Positions 10,364-19,617 of a stretch of DNA of 64,000 nt are shown piece after piece. Under the pieces are notes generated by a model. It was given only the letters and a program-made list of their open reading frames with translations. It did not search any database and was not told where the DNA came from. How positions within the stretch are numbered: the first letter of the stretch is position 1; every line of letters begins with the position of its first letter. Source of the stretch: Prochlorococcus sp. AG-673-M19 (GTDB lineage Bacteria > Cyanobacteriota > Cyanobacteriia > PCC-6307 > Cyanobiaceae); the NCBI GenBank assembly GCA_003211115.1, contig QCTP01000002.1, forward strand, positions 398 to 64,397, given 5' to 3'. The translations under genes and the position numbers were made by a program.

Positions 10364-11321
10364 ATTGATAAAAGTTACTAATAGGCTCAAAATAACTTTT
10401 ATAGGTCATTATGATTTCTCTTCTCTTAAGAGCATTTTGCTCAACTAAAGTTGTAGCTTTTCTGAGATTATAATAAGGAATTGAAGTCCACAAATGATGT
10501 GTTGCATGGAAATTCATGTTATGGGGAGAAAAGAATAATCTCTCCATAAAATTTACCTTAAAATTTGCAAGTCTTAATGATTGATCTGAGATTTCATCTA
10601 TCATTGGACGAGAATGTTCCGAAAAAACTCTTAATATATCAATTGATTGAGCTAGTGCTATTGGTATAAACCACAAATAAATTAACTTTAAAAAACTTAA
10701 ATAATTAAGAAAAAAATAAAATATAAGCGTTTGACAAGAAAATATTATTAAAAGATCTCTCAAGGAATACGAAGGTATGTTTAAATATTTTTTGTTTTTA
10801 TTATTAAATTTCTTGTTTATAAAAAAGGGGGTTATAAAAATATTCTTGAATGAATAAAATATAAGAGGAAATGAAGAGATCTTAAAAAAGAATTTCTTAA
10901 TACTTGATCTGCCTTTTGATTGATATTTATATCTGTCGGGATCATCAAATTCGCAAAGCCTAAGATGATGATTTAGATGATTTTTATTGTTTATTCTAGT
11001 AATAGCTCCCATAAATCCTAAAATAAAAAAATCATTCCATAAATCATTAATATTTTTATTATGAAAAAGTCTTCTGTGCATCCCGTCATGAGCAATTATT
11101 AGTAAAGAATAAAGTTGCGTAGTGATAACTATCAATGCTATCAAATTTAAAAAAATATTATTAAATTTTATTGAAAGAAAAAAGCAAATTAACATTAAAA
11201 TCCAAGACTTAAAAGTATCAAAAATAACTACTAATGGCCTTATTTTAGATAACTTTTGAATCTCATTAGGATTTAATAAATTATAACTTAATTCTTTAAA
11301 TTTCTTTTTTAGACCTGACAT
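10347..11321 (-). CDS. Membrane fatty-acid desaturase family protein
   Basis: His boxes HDGMH, HLNHH, (FSEH), HATHH plus TM segments. Confidence 0.9.
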   Translation of the reverse strand: MSGLKKKFKELSYNLLNPNEIQKLSKIRPLVVIFDTFKSWILMLICFFLSIKFNNIFLNLIALIVITTQLYSLLIIAHDGMHRRLFHNKNINDLWNDFFILGFMGAITRINNKNHLNHHLRLCEFDDPDRYKYQSKGRSSIKKFFFKISSFPLIFYSFKNIFITPFFINKKFNNKNKKYLNIPSYSLRDLLIIFSCQTLIFYFFLNYLSFLKLIYLWFIPIALAQSIDILRVFSEHSRPMIDEISDQSLRLANFKVNFMERLFFSPHNMNFHATHHLWTSIPYYNLRKATTLVEQNALKRREIIMTYKSYFEPISNFYQYVKSI

Positions 11322-11381
11322 TGAAATTTTAAAATACTTTTTTTTTAGGTTATATTCAAAATAGAATTATTTATATAAAAT

Positions 11382-12077
11382 TTATATAAAGTTATTTAGA
11401 TTATTTAGGTTATTTTTAGAAATTATATAAACAAGATTAGTATTAAGACCAAAAAATTTAAAATGATTTGGAATATAATTTAACTTAAGTTTATCAAAAA
11501 TACCTTCGATTTCAATTTGATTAAGAAGATTTAAATTTGCTTCATATGAAAAAAACTTTCTTCCTGTAAAACGTAAAAAATATCTAAAGAATCTTGGTGG
11601 TAACCAATGAAGAAATAATGTCAAGGTATGAAACTCTAGCGGAAATGATTTGTTTGGTGTAGTTATCAAACAAAAATTACTTACCCTCGATAATTCTTTT
11701 ACACATTGAATTTGATTAGAATAAGAGCCTACATGTTCTATAACCGCGGAACAAAAAGCCAAATCAAAATAATTATCTTCGAAAGGCAAATTTAATGCAT
11801 TTGCCTTAAGAAATTTCAGCCCTTTATACTTTTTTTCTAGAAAGCTTGCATCTTCTAGGCCAACAGCAGTTATTTTATTTTTGTAAGGATATTTCTTCTC
11901 AAAAAAATTCGAATCAAATGAATTATCATTAGTTACTCCCACATCAAGAACTTTCCAATATTCCCTTGGTTTTAATAAAAGTTCCAATCTATTATAAATA
12001 TTACTTCTTACTTTAAAAGCAATTCTTTCTCTTAAACCAAACAATCCTGGAGCAATATATTTTGAGTGGCTTGTCAT
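11382..12077 (-). CDS. Class I SAM methyltransferase (type 11-like)
   Basis: VLDVGV, LPFEDNYFD, SAVIEHV, TTPN; GGAGG SD upstream. Confidence 0.88.
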   Translation of the reverse strand: MTSHSKYIAPGLFGLRERIAFKVRSNIYNRLELLLKPREYWKVLDVGVTNDNSFDSNFFEKKYPYKNKITAVGLEDASFLEKKYKGLKFLKANALNLPFEDNYFDLAFCSAVIEHVGSYSNQIQCVKELSRVSNFCLITTPNKSFPLEFHTLTLFLHWLPPRFFRYFLRFTGRKFFSYEANLNLLNQIEIEGIFDKLKLNYIPNHFKFFGLNTNLVYIISKNNLNNLNNFI

Positions 12078-12353
12078 ATTTGATCCTCCAATACTATCTA
12101 ATTATATTTATAGCTTTTATTGGTTTAAGTTTTATTTTGATTTTTGTTTTGGAAAAGGCCTTTTAAAAAATAGAAATAAATTATTAACTTCCTTTATTTA
12201 AGGAGTAATAAATACAATTCCAGGTGCAGTTATTTTTTCTGGCTTTAATTTAATAGAGGATTACCTTTTTAAAAATTTGAAAGACTCTACATTTATAGCA
12301 TCTTATGTATTTTTTGAGTAATCATTTTCTTAAGCTTATCTAATAATTAAGAG

Positions 12354-12387
12354 TTGGTTGCTATTCCCATTGGGCAATAGCAATCAA
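12354..12387. terminator. Long hairpin, possible terminator or boundary element
   Basis: TTGGTTGCTATT-CCCATTGGG-C-AATAGCAATCAA inverted repeat. Confidence 0.5.
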
Positions 12388-12461
12388 ATATTAAAAAGCA
12401 GATATAACAACATAAATAAAAAAACCTTTTTAGGATATTAGAAATTTAAATTTCTAATAAA

Positions 12462-12716
12462 ATGGATAAATTTAAAGATAATTTTTCAAGCGAAAGCTTT
12501 TACCCAGATAGTAATTATTATCTTGATCAGGGAAATACTCCTGAAAAGACTCCCACTACAGGAGATCAAATATCAAATAGGAGGGAGATTTTTGAATGGC
12601 CAAATAGCTATTGGTTTATTGCAGAAAGGACTAATGGTCGCCTTGCAATGATTGGATTTATGGCTGTCATTATTAACTACACCTTATTTGGTTGGATAGC
12701 ATATCCAATTCTTTAA
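12462..12716 (+). CDS. hli: High-light-inducible protein with long N-terminal extension
   Basis: AERTNGRLAMIGF chlorophyll-binding motif. Confidence 0.92.
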   Translation: MDKFKDNFSSESFYPDSNYYLDQGNTPEKTPTTGDQISNRREIFEWPNSYWFIAERTNGRLAMIGFMAVIINYTLFGWIAYPIL

Positions 12717-12836
12717 ATGAATATAGAATTTTTTAAGGAGCTTTGGCATTATCAACCAAATACAGTTCTAGGTGTAGGTTTAGCATTATTGATATTGTTG
12801 GGGATTTATATAAAATTACTTGATATATATAAGTAA
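12717..12836 (+). CDS. Small membrane protein (39 aa)
   Basis: MNIEFFKELWHYQPNTVLGVGLALLILLGIYIKLLDIYK; ATG abuts the hli stop. Confidence 0.55.
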   Translation: MNIEFFKELWHYQPNTVLGVGLALLILLGIYIKLLDIYK

Positions 12837-13051
12837 TTTAAAATTACTTCTAAATATAGAATTCTTCTCCCAACCTTACTACATGCAAAGTTTTTATTAG
12901 TTTGTGGCATCTTTTAAAACCTTATGACGTACTAGGTCAATTTTAAAGAAAATCTATTAAAAATAAGAAAGTCTGATATCTTAAAAGGGAAAAAGGCTTA
13001 TTACTACAGTTATTACTTCAAATTGCAGTTAAAAGGGATAGAACCTAATGA

Positions 13052-13095
13052 TTTGGGAGCGCTAAGTCGCAGGACAGAATCCTGTAGCCCTGACT
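13052..13095 (+). mobile_element. Degenerate 3' half of tRNA-Pro(TGG), att-site remnant
   Basis: TTTGGGAGC-gctaa-GTCGCAGG-aca-gAATCCTGT-agccctGACT matches the anticodon loop, T-arm and acceptor 3' strand of cyanobacterial tRNA-Pro(TGG). Confidence 0.65.
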
Positions 13096-13241
13096 CTAAT
13101 CTAATAATCCAAATTATAGAAAGATTTATAAGCCTGTCTTTTTTATTTTGTATATATTCATTTATAGATTTACCCCTCCAATTTCCCTCCATAGATATCT
13201 CCAGATATTACTTATGCCTATTGGCAAAAGTTTGTTCCTCC

Positions 13242-13496
13242 TTAACCACTAAAAAAACTCTTAAAAATAGAAGTCTTTCTCCATCCTTCTTCTAATAATT
13301 GCTTATACTCTTTCCTTGCATCCTCTATACTTTCTACCCTGCTTCCTTTCATAACTGGTTTACGAGCTCTCTTATAAACACATCCATAACTTATTTCCAT
13401 GGCATCAATACTAGAAGAAGGTTTACTAACATCTTCGAATGGTTTAAATACTTTTATCCTGCTTCTATCCTTATTTATCAAAGTAAACTCTTTCAT
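13242..13496 (-). CDS. DUF1651-like protein
   Basis: C-terminal EDARKEYKQLLEEGWRKT motif. Confidence 0.75.
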   Translation of the reverse strand: MKEFTLINKDRSRIKVFKPFEDVSKPSSSIDAMEISYGCVYKRARKPVMKGSRVESIEDARKEYKQLLEEGWRKTSIFKSFFSG

Positions 13497-13499
13497 TAG

Positions 13500-13694
13500 T
13501 TACCTATTTTCTCTTAACTCTGGAAAACAATTAGCAATATGGATTAACTCATATACTTCCTCACTATCATATTTTTTATTTGGAACTCCGCTTCCTACTT
13601 CTATTCTTTTAGCTTTCATCTTCCTTAAGATAAGCTCTTGTCTTTCTTGGCTAGACATTGATTTATATTTTTTCCTTCTTTCTTCCTTTTCCAA
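13500..13694 (-). CDS. Hypothetical protein
   Basis: 64 aa ORF ending 3 bp upstream of the DUF1651 gene. Confidence 0.6.
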   Translation of the reverse strand: MEKEERRKKYKSMSSQERQELILRKMKAKRIEVGSGVPNKKYDSEEVYELIHIANCFPELRENR

Positions 13695-13924
13695 AATTAA
13701 AAAGTTATAACTATACTTCCAATACTAAAAATTAAGCTCTAACACTGCGAGTTAATCCTCATCAAGTATTCTTTTTTATGTATAGAAGTTATTTTTTGAT
13801 TCAAATATGCATAAATCCAAAAGTAACTAATCCTATCATTTAACATCTTCTAAATAATTTTCTAAATAATTTTTTATAATTCTGAATTATTTTCTCTAGG
13901 AATTATACACTTTGAGAATCAATA

Positions 13925-14644
13925 TCAATTGGTTTTTAATGAGGTTTCGAGTAATCCATTTAAGGCTAACAGTTCTTCTTTGGTAAATTCGCGATATTTC
14001 CCTATTGGTACGTCTAACTTAATATTCATAATTCTTACACGCTTTAATGATTGTACTCTGTACCCTAAGGACTCACACATTCTCCTAATCTGGCGGTTAA
14101 GTCCTTGAGTAAGTATGATTTTAAATTTTTTTGGCCCCAATTGTTTTACGAAACATTTTTTAGTTATGGTATCTAATATTTTAACCCCATTACTCATGCT
14201 TTGAATAAAGTGTTTGTTAATTGGACGATTAACGATTACGATGTATTCTTTTTCATGATTATTACTTGCTCTGAGTATTTTATTTACGATATCTCCATCG
14301 TTAGTTAAAAAAATCAATCCCTCACTGAGCTTATCCAATCTTCCAATTGGAAAAATTCTTTTAGGATATTTAATGAAATCTATGATATTGTCTGATTCTA
14401 TTCTTCTATCTGTTGTGCAAACGATTCCAACAGGTTTATTAAACGCTAAGTATATTTTTTTTTGTTTCGTGGATTTTTCTATTCTTTGACCTACAACTTC
14501 TACTTGATCACCTTCCTCTACCTTGGAACCCATTTCTGGAAATTTACCATTAATAGTTACTTTTCTTTCTTTAATTAGCCTATCTGCTACTCTTCTAGAA
14601 CAGTAACCGACTTCACTTAAATATTTATTTATTCTGATAGCCAT
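13925..14644 (-). CDS. rluF: rRNA pseudouridine synthase, RsuA family (RluF-like)
   Basis: S4 domain RINKYLS..CSRR, NKPVG, GRLD catalytic Asp, GLNRQIRRM. Confidence 0.85.
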   Translation of the reverse strand: MAIRINKYLSEVGYCSRRVADRLIKERKVTINGKFPEMGSKVEEGDQVEVVGQRIEKSTKQKKIYLAFNKPVGIVCTTDRRIESDNIIDFIKYPKRIFPIGRLDKLSEGLIFLTNDGDIVNKILRASNNHEKEYIVIVNRPINKHFIQSMSNGVKILDTITKKCFVKQLGPKKFKIILTQGLNRQIRRMCESLGYRVQSLKRVRIMNIKLDVPIGKYREFTKEELLALNGLLETSLKTN

Positions 14645-14773
14645 TTGTCAAAGTTACCTTTTATTTATTTTTAATTTAGTTGGCTTCGCGAAAAATAATA
14701 ACTATAATTTAACCAATTAATTTAGAATTTACTATTAAACTATCTACCATATAGTTAATACAAAAAATTTTAA

Positions 14774-14968
14774 ATGATTAAATCTATAAATATTAAAGAT
14801 TTACCTGTTAAAGATTTATCAATAGCTGGTTTAATAATATTTATGATTTCTACTATAATTGCAAATTTATATAACCCATTGTGGGGATTCATTTACGTTT
14901 TTGGGAATATCTTAACTCTTGTTTTCTTAAGCTGGCTTTATCAAGATTCATGGAATACCAATCAATAA
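14774..14968 (+). CDS. Small membrane protein
   Basis: 64 aa, two TM helices. Confidence 0.55.
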   Translation: MIKSINIKDLPVKDLSIAGLIIFMISTIIANLYNPLWGFIYVFGNILTLVFLSWLYQDSWNTNQ

Positions 14969-15070
14969 TATATTATTAAAGCAATTTTGCTTTACCAAAA
15001 CTAATCCAGTCATTAGTCCTTATTCAACATTAATAAAAAAAATTTTTTAAGATGTAAAAAACTTAAAAAA

Positions 15071-15268
15071 TTGAGTAATTCTGATTTCGATAAAAATGGA
15101 ATAGATAGGAATGGAACTCATTGGCTCCAATATGCTGCTTTTGCTTTCTCCGCTTTTGCTATTTTTACAACTTGGGCTTTTTTCTTTGATTATAGATTTC
15201 ATAATTTCATACTAAATATTCTCAGGATCATAGATTGCAGTGGCTTTAATTGTAATGGTGTTTATTAG
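15071..15268 (+). CDS. Small membrane protein
   Basis: 65 aa, one TM helix, C-terminal CxxxxC. Confidence 0.6.
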   Translation: MSNSDFDKNGIDRNGTHWLQYAAFAFSAFAIFTTWAFFFDYRFHNFILNILRIIDCSGFNCNGVY

Positions 15269-15274
15269 TTTAAT

Positions 15275-15451
15275 ATGGCTAACCCAGATCAAAAAACAAT
15301 ATTAATTGAACAAGCATTTGAAGAAATCAAAGAAATTTGTAAAAAATTGCAAGACGATTCGGGATCATCAAATTCTGAAGTTAAAACTCTCTTAAAGGAA
15401 ATTTCTAGTTTATGGGATACCGAAGAAAAAACTAAATTCGGTTTCCGATAA
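15275..15451 (+). CDS. Small hypothetical protein (58 aa)
   Basis: MANPDQKTILIEQAFEEIKEICKKLQDDSG...KTKFGFR, 6 bp after the previous ORF. Confidence 0.65.
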   Translation: MANPDQKTILIEQAFEEIKEICKKLQDDSGSSNSEVKTLLKEISSLWDTEEKTKFGFR

Positions 15452-15542
15452 TTTAAATATTTTATCCAAAAAATATTAATTGAAATAATATTAAAAAAAT
15501 CTAATAAACAAATATAAATTTACTTTTAACAAAAATTTTATT

Positions 15543-15898
15543 TATTCTAGCCTTTCATAGATTGATTGATTATCTATTTTGCAAGAACTTTATCTTCTTA
15601 CCCTCTTAATTTATTTTTATAACCTTTCATGAAACCAATTCCATCGTTGGCTATATTTTATATTGACTGCGAATCAGCTATTCCTCTTTTCTCCAAGTCT
15701 GAAAATCTTAATGATTTTGATCCTTAAATACCAATTAATCCTCCTCTAACGTAGTAACTAGCACAAACTTTTTTTAAAAAAGTTTCCCCACCTCTGATAT
15801 TGGAAGAGAATAAATATCTTCCGTTTTAGGAACTCTGAAAAAAGGACTATTAAAATTATTAGAATATTTCTAAAGGGTAATTTAAATAACAATTTCAT
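15543..15898 (-). pseudogene. Cytochrome c6-like pseudogene
   Basis: Signal-like start, then RGGET..KKVCASYYVRGG...*GSKSLRFSDLEKRGIAD...GIGFMKGYKNKL..EDKVLAK*II; CxxCH degraded to CASYY, several stops and frameshifts. Confidence 0.8.
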
Positions 15899-15919
15899 TA
15901 ATGAACTAAATAATATTTC

Positions 15920-16309
15920 TTACTCCCATAAAGATAAATCTGATTCCCCTGATGATCTTTGCAACCAATGAATCTTCCAGGCATCTCCAACTTTCTTAAA
16001 AATAGAAGTCACAGTTGGCAAATCATCATTAAGAACCCCCTTGTAAGTAAACTTAGCTCCAAGCGTAAAGACACACATTGCTACATCGCTACTGAGAAAT
16101 TCAAACCTATGTATCTTTGTTATTTCAGCTTTTTCTTGAACTACATCACCAGAATTCATCATTTCTTCAAATCCTTTTGCGCTTATAGGATTACCACTTG
16201 GTCTTATAAACAAGAAATCTGAAGTTGCATTTTTTACAAAAAACGATCCCATCTTTTGCGGAGTAGCAAGTTCATAAAGTAAGGAAGTAATTTGTTCTTT
16301 TTCAGTCAT
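15920..16309 (-). CDS. DUF3804 / NTF2-like fold protein
   Basis: FLFIRPSGNP and WKIHWLQRS motifs. Confidence 0.8.
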   Translation of the reverse strand: MTEKEQITSLLYELATPQKMGSFFVKNATSDFLFIRPSGNPISAKGFEEMMNSGDVVQEKAEITKIHRFEFLSSDVAMCVFTLGAKFTYKGVLNDDLPTVTSIFKKVGDAWKIHWLQRSSGESDLSLWE

Positions 16310-16579
16310 TAAAGTTTCATATTCTATTAAATAGATTATGAAAAGTCTTCTTTAAAAAAGAACATAAAGTTATTGAAAAAGAACAATTCAATTAACTATT
16401 TTTGTACTTTTAAATTAGAACCATATTTAATTTTTACCATGTAAGAAGCTACCAAAGATAGCACCAAAAAAAATAACAAACTTTCCAAAGTAGATTGAGG
16501 CATGACCATAAATTTAAAAAGAGAAAATTACTATATATTTATGAAAACGAACTTTATGAAAAAATCAAACAGGGCTATT

Positions 16580-16936
16580 TTAATTTGCTAAGTATTTCTC
16601 TGATCTCCTCAATGCTCGTAAAGCTCCTTTAAAATCTCCTTTACGATATTTTTCATCGCTTTTTTGCTCTAACAATTTAACTATCTTCTTTATTTCCGAT
16701 TCATCAAGTCTTAATTTATGATCATTTATTAAGTCAAATTTGGATGAATATAAGCAAGATAATTCTTTTTTAAATTTTCTAACAACATCTTTATCACAAA
16801 ATTTAGAATTCAAGAGGAACCTTACTTCCCTTTTTTCTTTTATTGCCCCTATAAAATTTCCTTCCTTAAACTTTCTTTCACTAGACCTGGTTTTATTTAC
16901 AATATTTTCAATAGTTAATTTATCTGAATTAAGCAT
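16580..16936 (-). CDS. Hypothetical protein with two TPR-like segments
   Basis: Repeated KFKEGNFIGAI / KYRKGDFKGAL. Confidence 0.7.
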   Translation of the reverse strand: MLNSDKLTIENIVNKTRSSERKFKEGNFIGAIKEKREVRFLLNSKFCDKDVVRKFKKELSCLYSSKFDLINDHKLRLDESEIKKIVKLLEQKSDEKYRKGDFKGALRALRRSEKYLAN

Positions 16937-17141
16937 TTAAAACTTTTGAATCAGTTAATAATAAATTTACCAAACTATTTTACAAATATGTTTAAACATT
17001 TTTATCTTTATTAACCAATTAAAAGTCCTTTCTCAAAAAGCAATTTACTTTAAATTCAAATCGATAAAAATCGATATAAAATAATAATTATTGTTTATCT
17101 TTAGGCAATTAAGACCTATATAGAACAAAGGCAAAAATTTA

Positions 17142-18845
17142 ATGTTACGAAAATCTGAATCATCAAAAGATAAAGAAACTAAAAATTTTTCTGAGTTTTC
17201 ACAATTGGCAGATTTGTCTTTAATGAATTGTCTTAACGCTGATCCTCAGTCTACAAATGATGGCAATGATCACAAGCCTAGACCAGTTTATTCAGGTCAT
17301 TATGTTCCGGTAATTCCAACACCAATTCCAGAACCAAAATATATTGCGCATAGCTCAAAATTGTTTGAAGAATTGGGATTAAGTGCTGACCTTACAAAAG
17401 ACAAAAAGTTTTGTAGTTTTTTTTCAGGGGATATCAAAGTTGCAGATTCTCCAATTAGTCCTTTTGGCTGGGCAACGGGGTATGCATTGTCTATTTATGG
17501 TACTGAATATATACAGCAATGTCCATTTGGGACAGGTGATGGATATGGAGATGGTAGGGCAATTTCTGTATTCGAAGGTTTATTTAATGGGAAAAGAATG
17601 GAGATGCAACTTAAGGGAGGAGGTCCTACACCATATTCTCGTGGTGCAGATGGTCGAGCTGTGCTGCGATCAAGCGTTCGTGAATTTCTTGCACAAGAGT
17701 TGATGTACGCCTTAGGAATTCCCACTTCAAGATCTCTAACACTCTACGTTTCGGGAACAGAAATAGTTAGAAGGCCATGGTACACAAAAGGTTCTAAGTA
17801 TTTTGAGCCTGATATTATGGTTGATAATCATGCCGCAATTACTACACGTGTCGCGCCATCATTTTTGCGTGTAGGTCAGCTCGAACTCTTCGCTCGCAGA
17901 GTTAGAAGTAATTCACATAATAACGTTTTGAATGAGCTTAAAATTATTGTGCAACATCTTATAGATCGAAATTATAAAAAGGACATTGATCCTAGTAAAT
18001 CATTTAATGAGAAGGTAATTAAATTAGCTTATTTATATCGAAAAAGATTCATATCACTAGTAGCTAACTGGATGCGAGTTGGTTATTGCCAAGGCAATTT
18101 TAATAGCGATAATTGTGCTGCAGGAGGATTTACTCTGGACTATGGTCCTTTTGGTTTTTGTGAATTATTTGACCCAAGATTTCAACCCTGGACTGGAGGT
18201 GGAGAACATTTTTCATTTTTCAATCAACCTTTTGCTGCCGAAGTTAATTTTAAGATGTTTTGTAAATCTCTAAGACCCTTACTTGTAAAGAATAAAGAAG
18301 ACATAGAAAAACTAGAGCAAATCAAAAATGATTTTTCGAAATTAATGGAAAAAGAAATGCAATTAATGTGGACAAAAAAGCTTGGCTTAGAAAAATATGA
18401 AGAAGCTCTAATCAACGAGCTTTTTAATCTTATGGTTACCTCTAAGGTTGACTTCACTATTTTCTTCAGAAAGCTTTCTCATATCCCAGAGAATATATCT
18501 TTGTTAAAAGATAGTTTTTACTTAGCTCTGAATGAGGACCTTGTTAAAAAATGGAACATTTGGCTTACAAAATGGCATGATTGCATAAAGAAAAACGGCG
18601 ATTTGAAAGAAATATCCAAATCAATGAAACAGGTAAACCCAAAGTTTACTTGGCGTGAATGGATGATAGTTCCTGCATATGAAGAAGCTGAGGAGGGAAA
18701 TTACAGCATAATAAAAGAATTACAAACTATCTTCAACAATCCATATGAAGAACAGTCATTAGAAATAGAACAAACATATGATCGTCTAAAGCCAAGTCAA
18801 TTTTTTAATAATGGAGGTATTTCACATTACAGTTGTTCCTCTTAA
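17142..18845 (+). CDS. selO: SelO/YdiU protein adenylyltransferase family
   Basis: GDGRA, QLKGGGPTPYSRGADGRAVLRSS, NSDN, DYGPF, C-terminal SCSS. Confidence 0.93.
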   Translation: MLRKSESSKDKETKNFSEFSQLADLSLMNCLNADPQSTNDGNDHKPRPVYSGHYVPVIPTPIPEPKYIAHSSKLFEELGLSADLTKDKKFCSFFSGDIKVADSPISPFGWATGYALSIYGTEYIQQCPFGTGDGYGDGRAISVFEGLFNGKRMEMQLKGGGPTPYSRGADGRAVLRSSVREFLAQELMYALGIPTSRSLTLYVSGTEIVRRPWYTKGSKYFEPDIMVDNHAAITTRVAPSFLRVGQLELFARRVRSNSHNNVLNELKIIVQHLIDRNYKKDIDPSKSFNEKVIKLAYLYRKRFISLVANWMRVGYCQGNFNSDNCAAGGFTLDYGPFGFCELFDPRFQPWTGGGEHFSFFNQPFAAEVNFKMFCKSLRPLLVKNKEDIEKLEQIKNDFSKLMEKEMQLMWTKKLGLEKYEEALINELFNLMVTSKVDFTIFFRKLSHIPENISLLKDSFYLALNEDLVKKWNIWLTKWHDCIKKNGDLKEISKSMKQVNPKFTWREWMIVPAYEEAEEGNYSIIKELQTIFNNPYEEQSLEIEQTYDRLKPSQFFNNGGISHYSCSS

Positions 18846-18895
18846 AAAAAATTAATTCAATTATCAAAATGGATAAGAGGTTTAAATGAAGAATT

Positions 18896-19318
18896 TTATT
18901 TATTGATAGTAGTCGGCACTCCCACAACTGAAATAACACCAACATGAAGAATTGCGGGTTTTTTCCCAATACTTTGCACATAATGTTCTCCACCTTTATT
19001 ACTCTCAACAAACACATCCCCTGCTCTAAATGTATTAATAACTCTACCTCTTACATGTTTTAACTTTCCTCGCGTGACATGTATCAACATAGGAGAAGGA
19101 TGTTTATGAATTGGAGTCTTTAAACCTACTGGTATTTTCACTTTCAAAAGTCTTAATTCAGGTTTTCCCTCTAGATAATTAAAACTTTCTCCACTTAACC
19201 CTTTAGAGGTTTGAATTAATGGTATAACTTCAATTTTTTCATCTGCAAAAGAATATTTAGGAGATATTAAAGATGGCAATAACATTAAAAAAGGGAAAAT
19301 AAATGCTTTGATTTTCAT
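18896..19318 (-). CDS. Exported cupin-domain protein
   Basis: Signal peptide, PIHKHP and later His cupin motifs. Confidence 0.85.
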   Translation of the reverse strand: MKIKAFIFPFLMLLPSLISPKYSFADEKIEVIPLIQTSKGLSGESFNYLEGKPELRLLKVKIPVGLKTPIHKHPSPMLIHVTRGKLKHVRGRVINTFRAGDVFVESNKGGEHYVQSIGKKPAILHVGVISVVGVPTTINK

Positions 19319-19374
19319 GTGCCTTAACTTAATATGTTTATTATATAAACATTGATAAAAAATATATTTAACTT

Positions 19375-19536
19375 TTACTTTCTATATAGTTTTTCTAATT
19401 GCTGAATTTCTTCTCTTAATTCTTTACCTTTTTCATTAATTTTATTATTTTTTTTAATTATTGGAATTATCCACCAAGCTTGTAGACCCAAAAAAACCAA
19501 TATTAAAAGTATTAAATCAGGTGTTCCAGGTGACAT
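19375..19536 (-). CDS. Small membrane-anchored protein (53 aa)
   Basis: MSPGTPDLILLILVFLGLQAWWIIPII...EEIQQLEKLYRK. Confidence 0.6.
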   Translation of the reverse strand: MSPGTPDLILLILVFLGLQAWWIIPIIKKNNKINEKGKELREEIQQLEKLYRK

Positions 19537-19617
19537 AAATATCGATTTTGAATTATTTAATTAATTGATATTAGCAACCCTTTGTTACCTTTAACTATAA
19601 AAATTAAATAGATAACT

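Noticed and set aside
13023-13710. Plus-strand ORFs 13023, 13299 and 13399
   Set aside because: They overlap the tRNA-Pro relic or are antisense to the better-supported minus-strand pair
13711-13727. LexA-like box upstream of the first DUF1651 operon
   Set aside because: Half-site spacing and sequence fit poorly
13848-13871. 12-bp tandem duplication TTCTAAATAATT
   Set aside because: Two AT-rich copies only; likely slippage
18830-18860. Selenocysteine recoding at the SelO C-terminus
   Set aside because: Ends SCSS-TAA with no in-frame TGA
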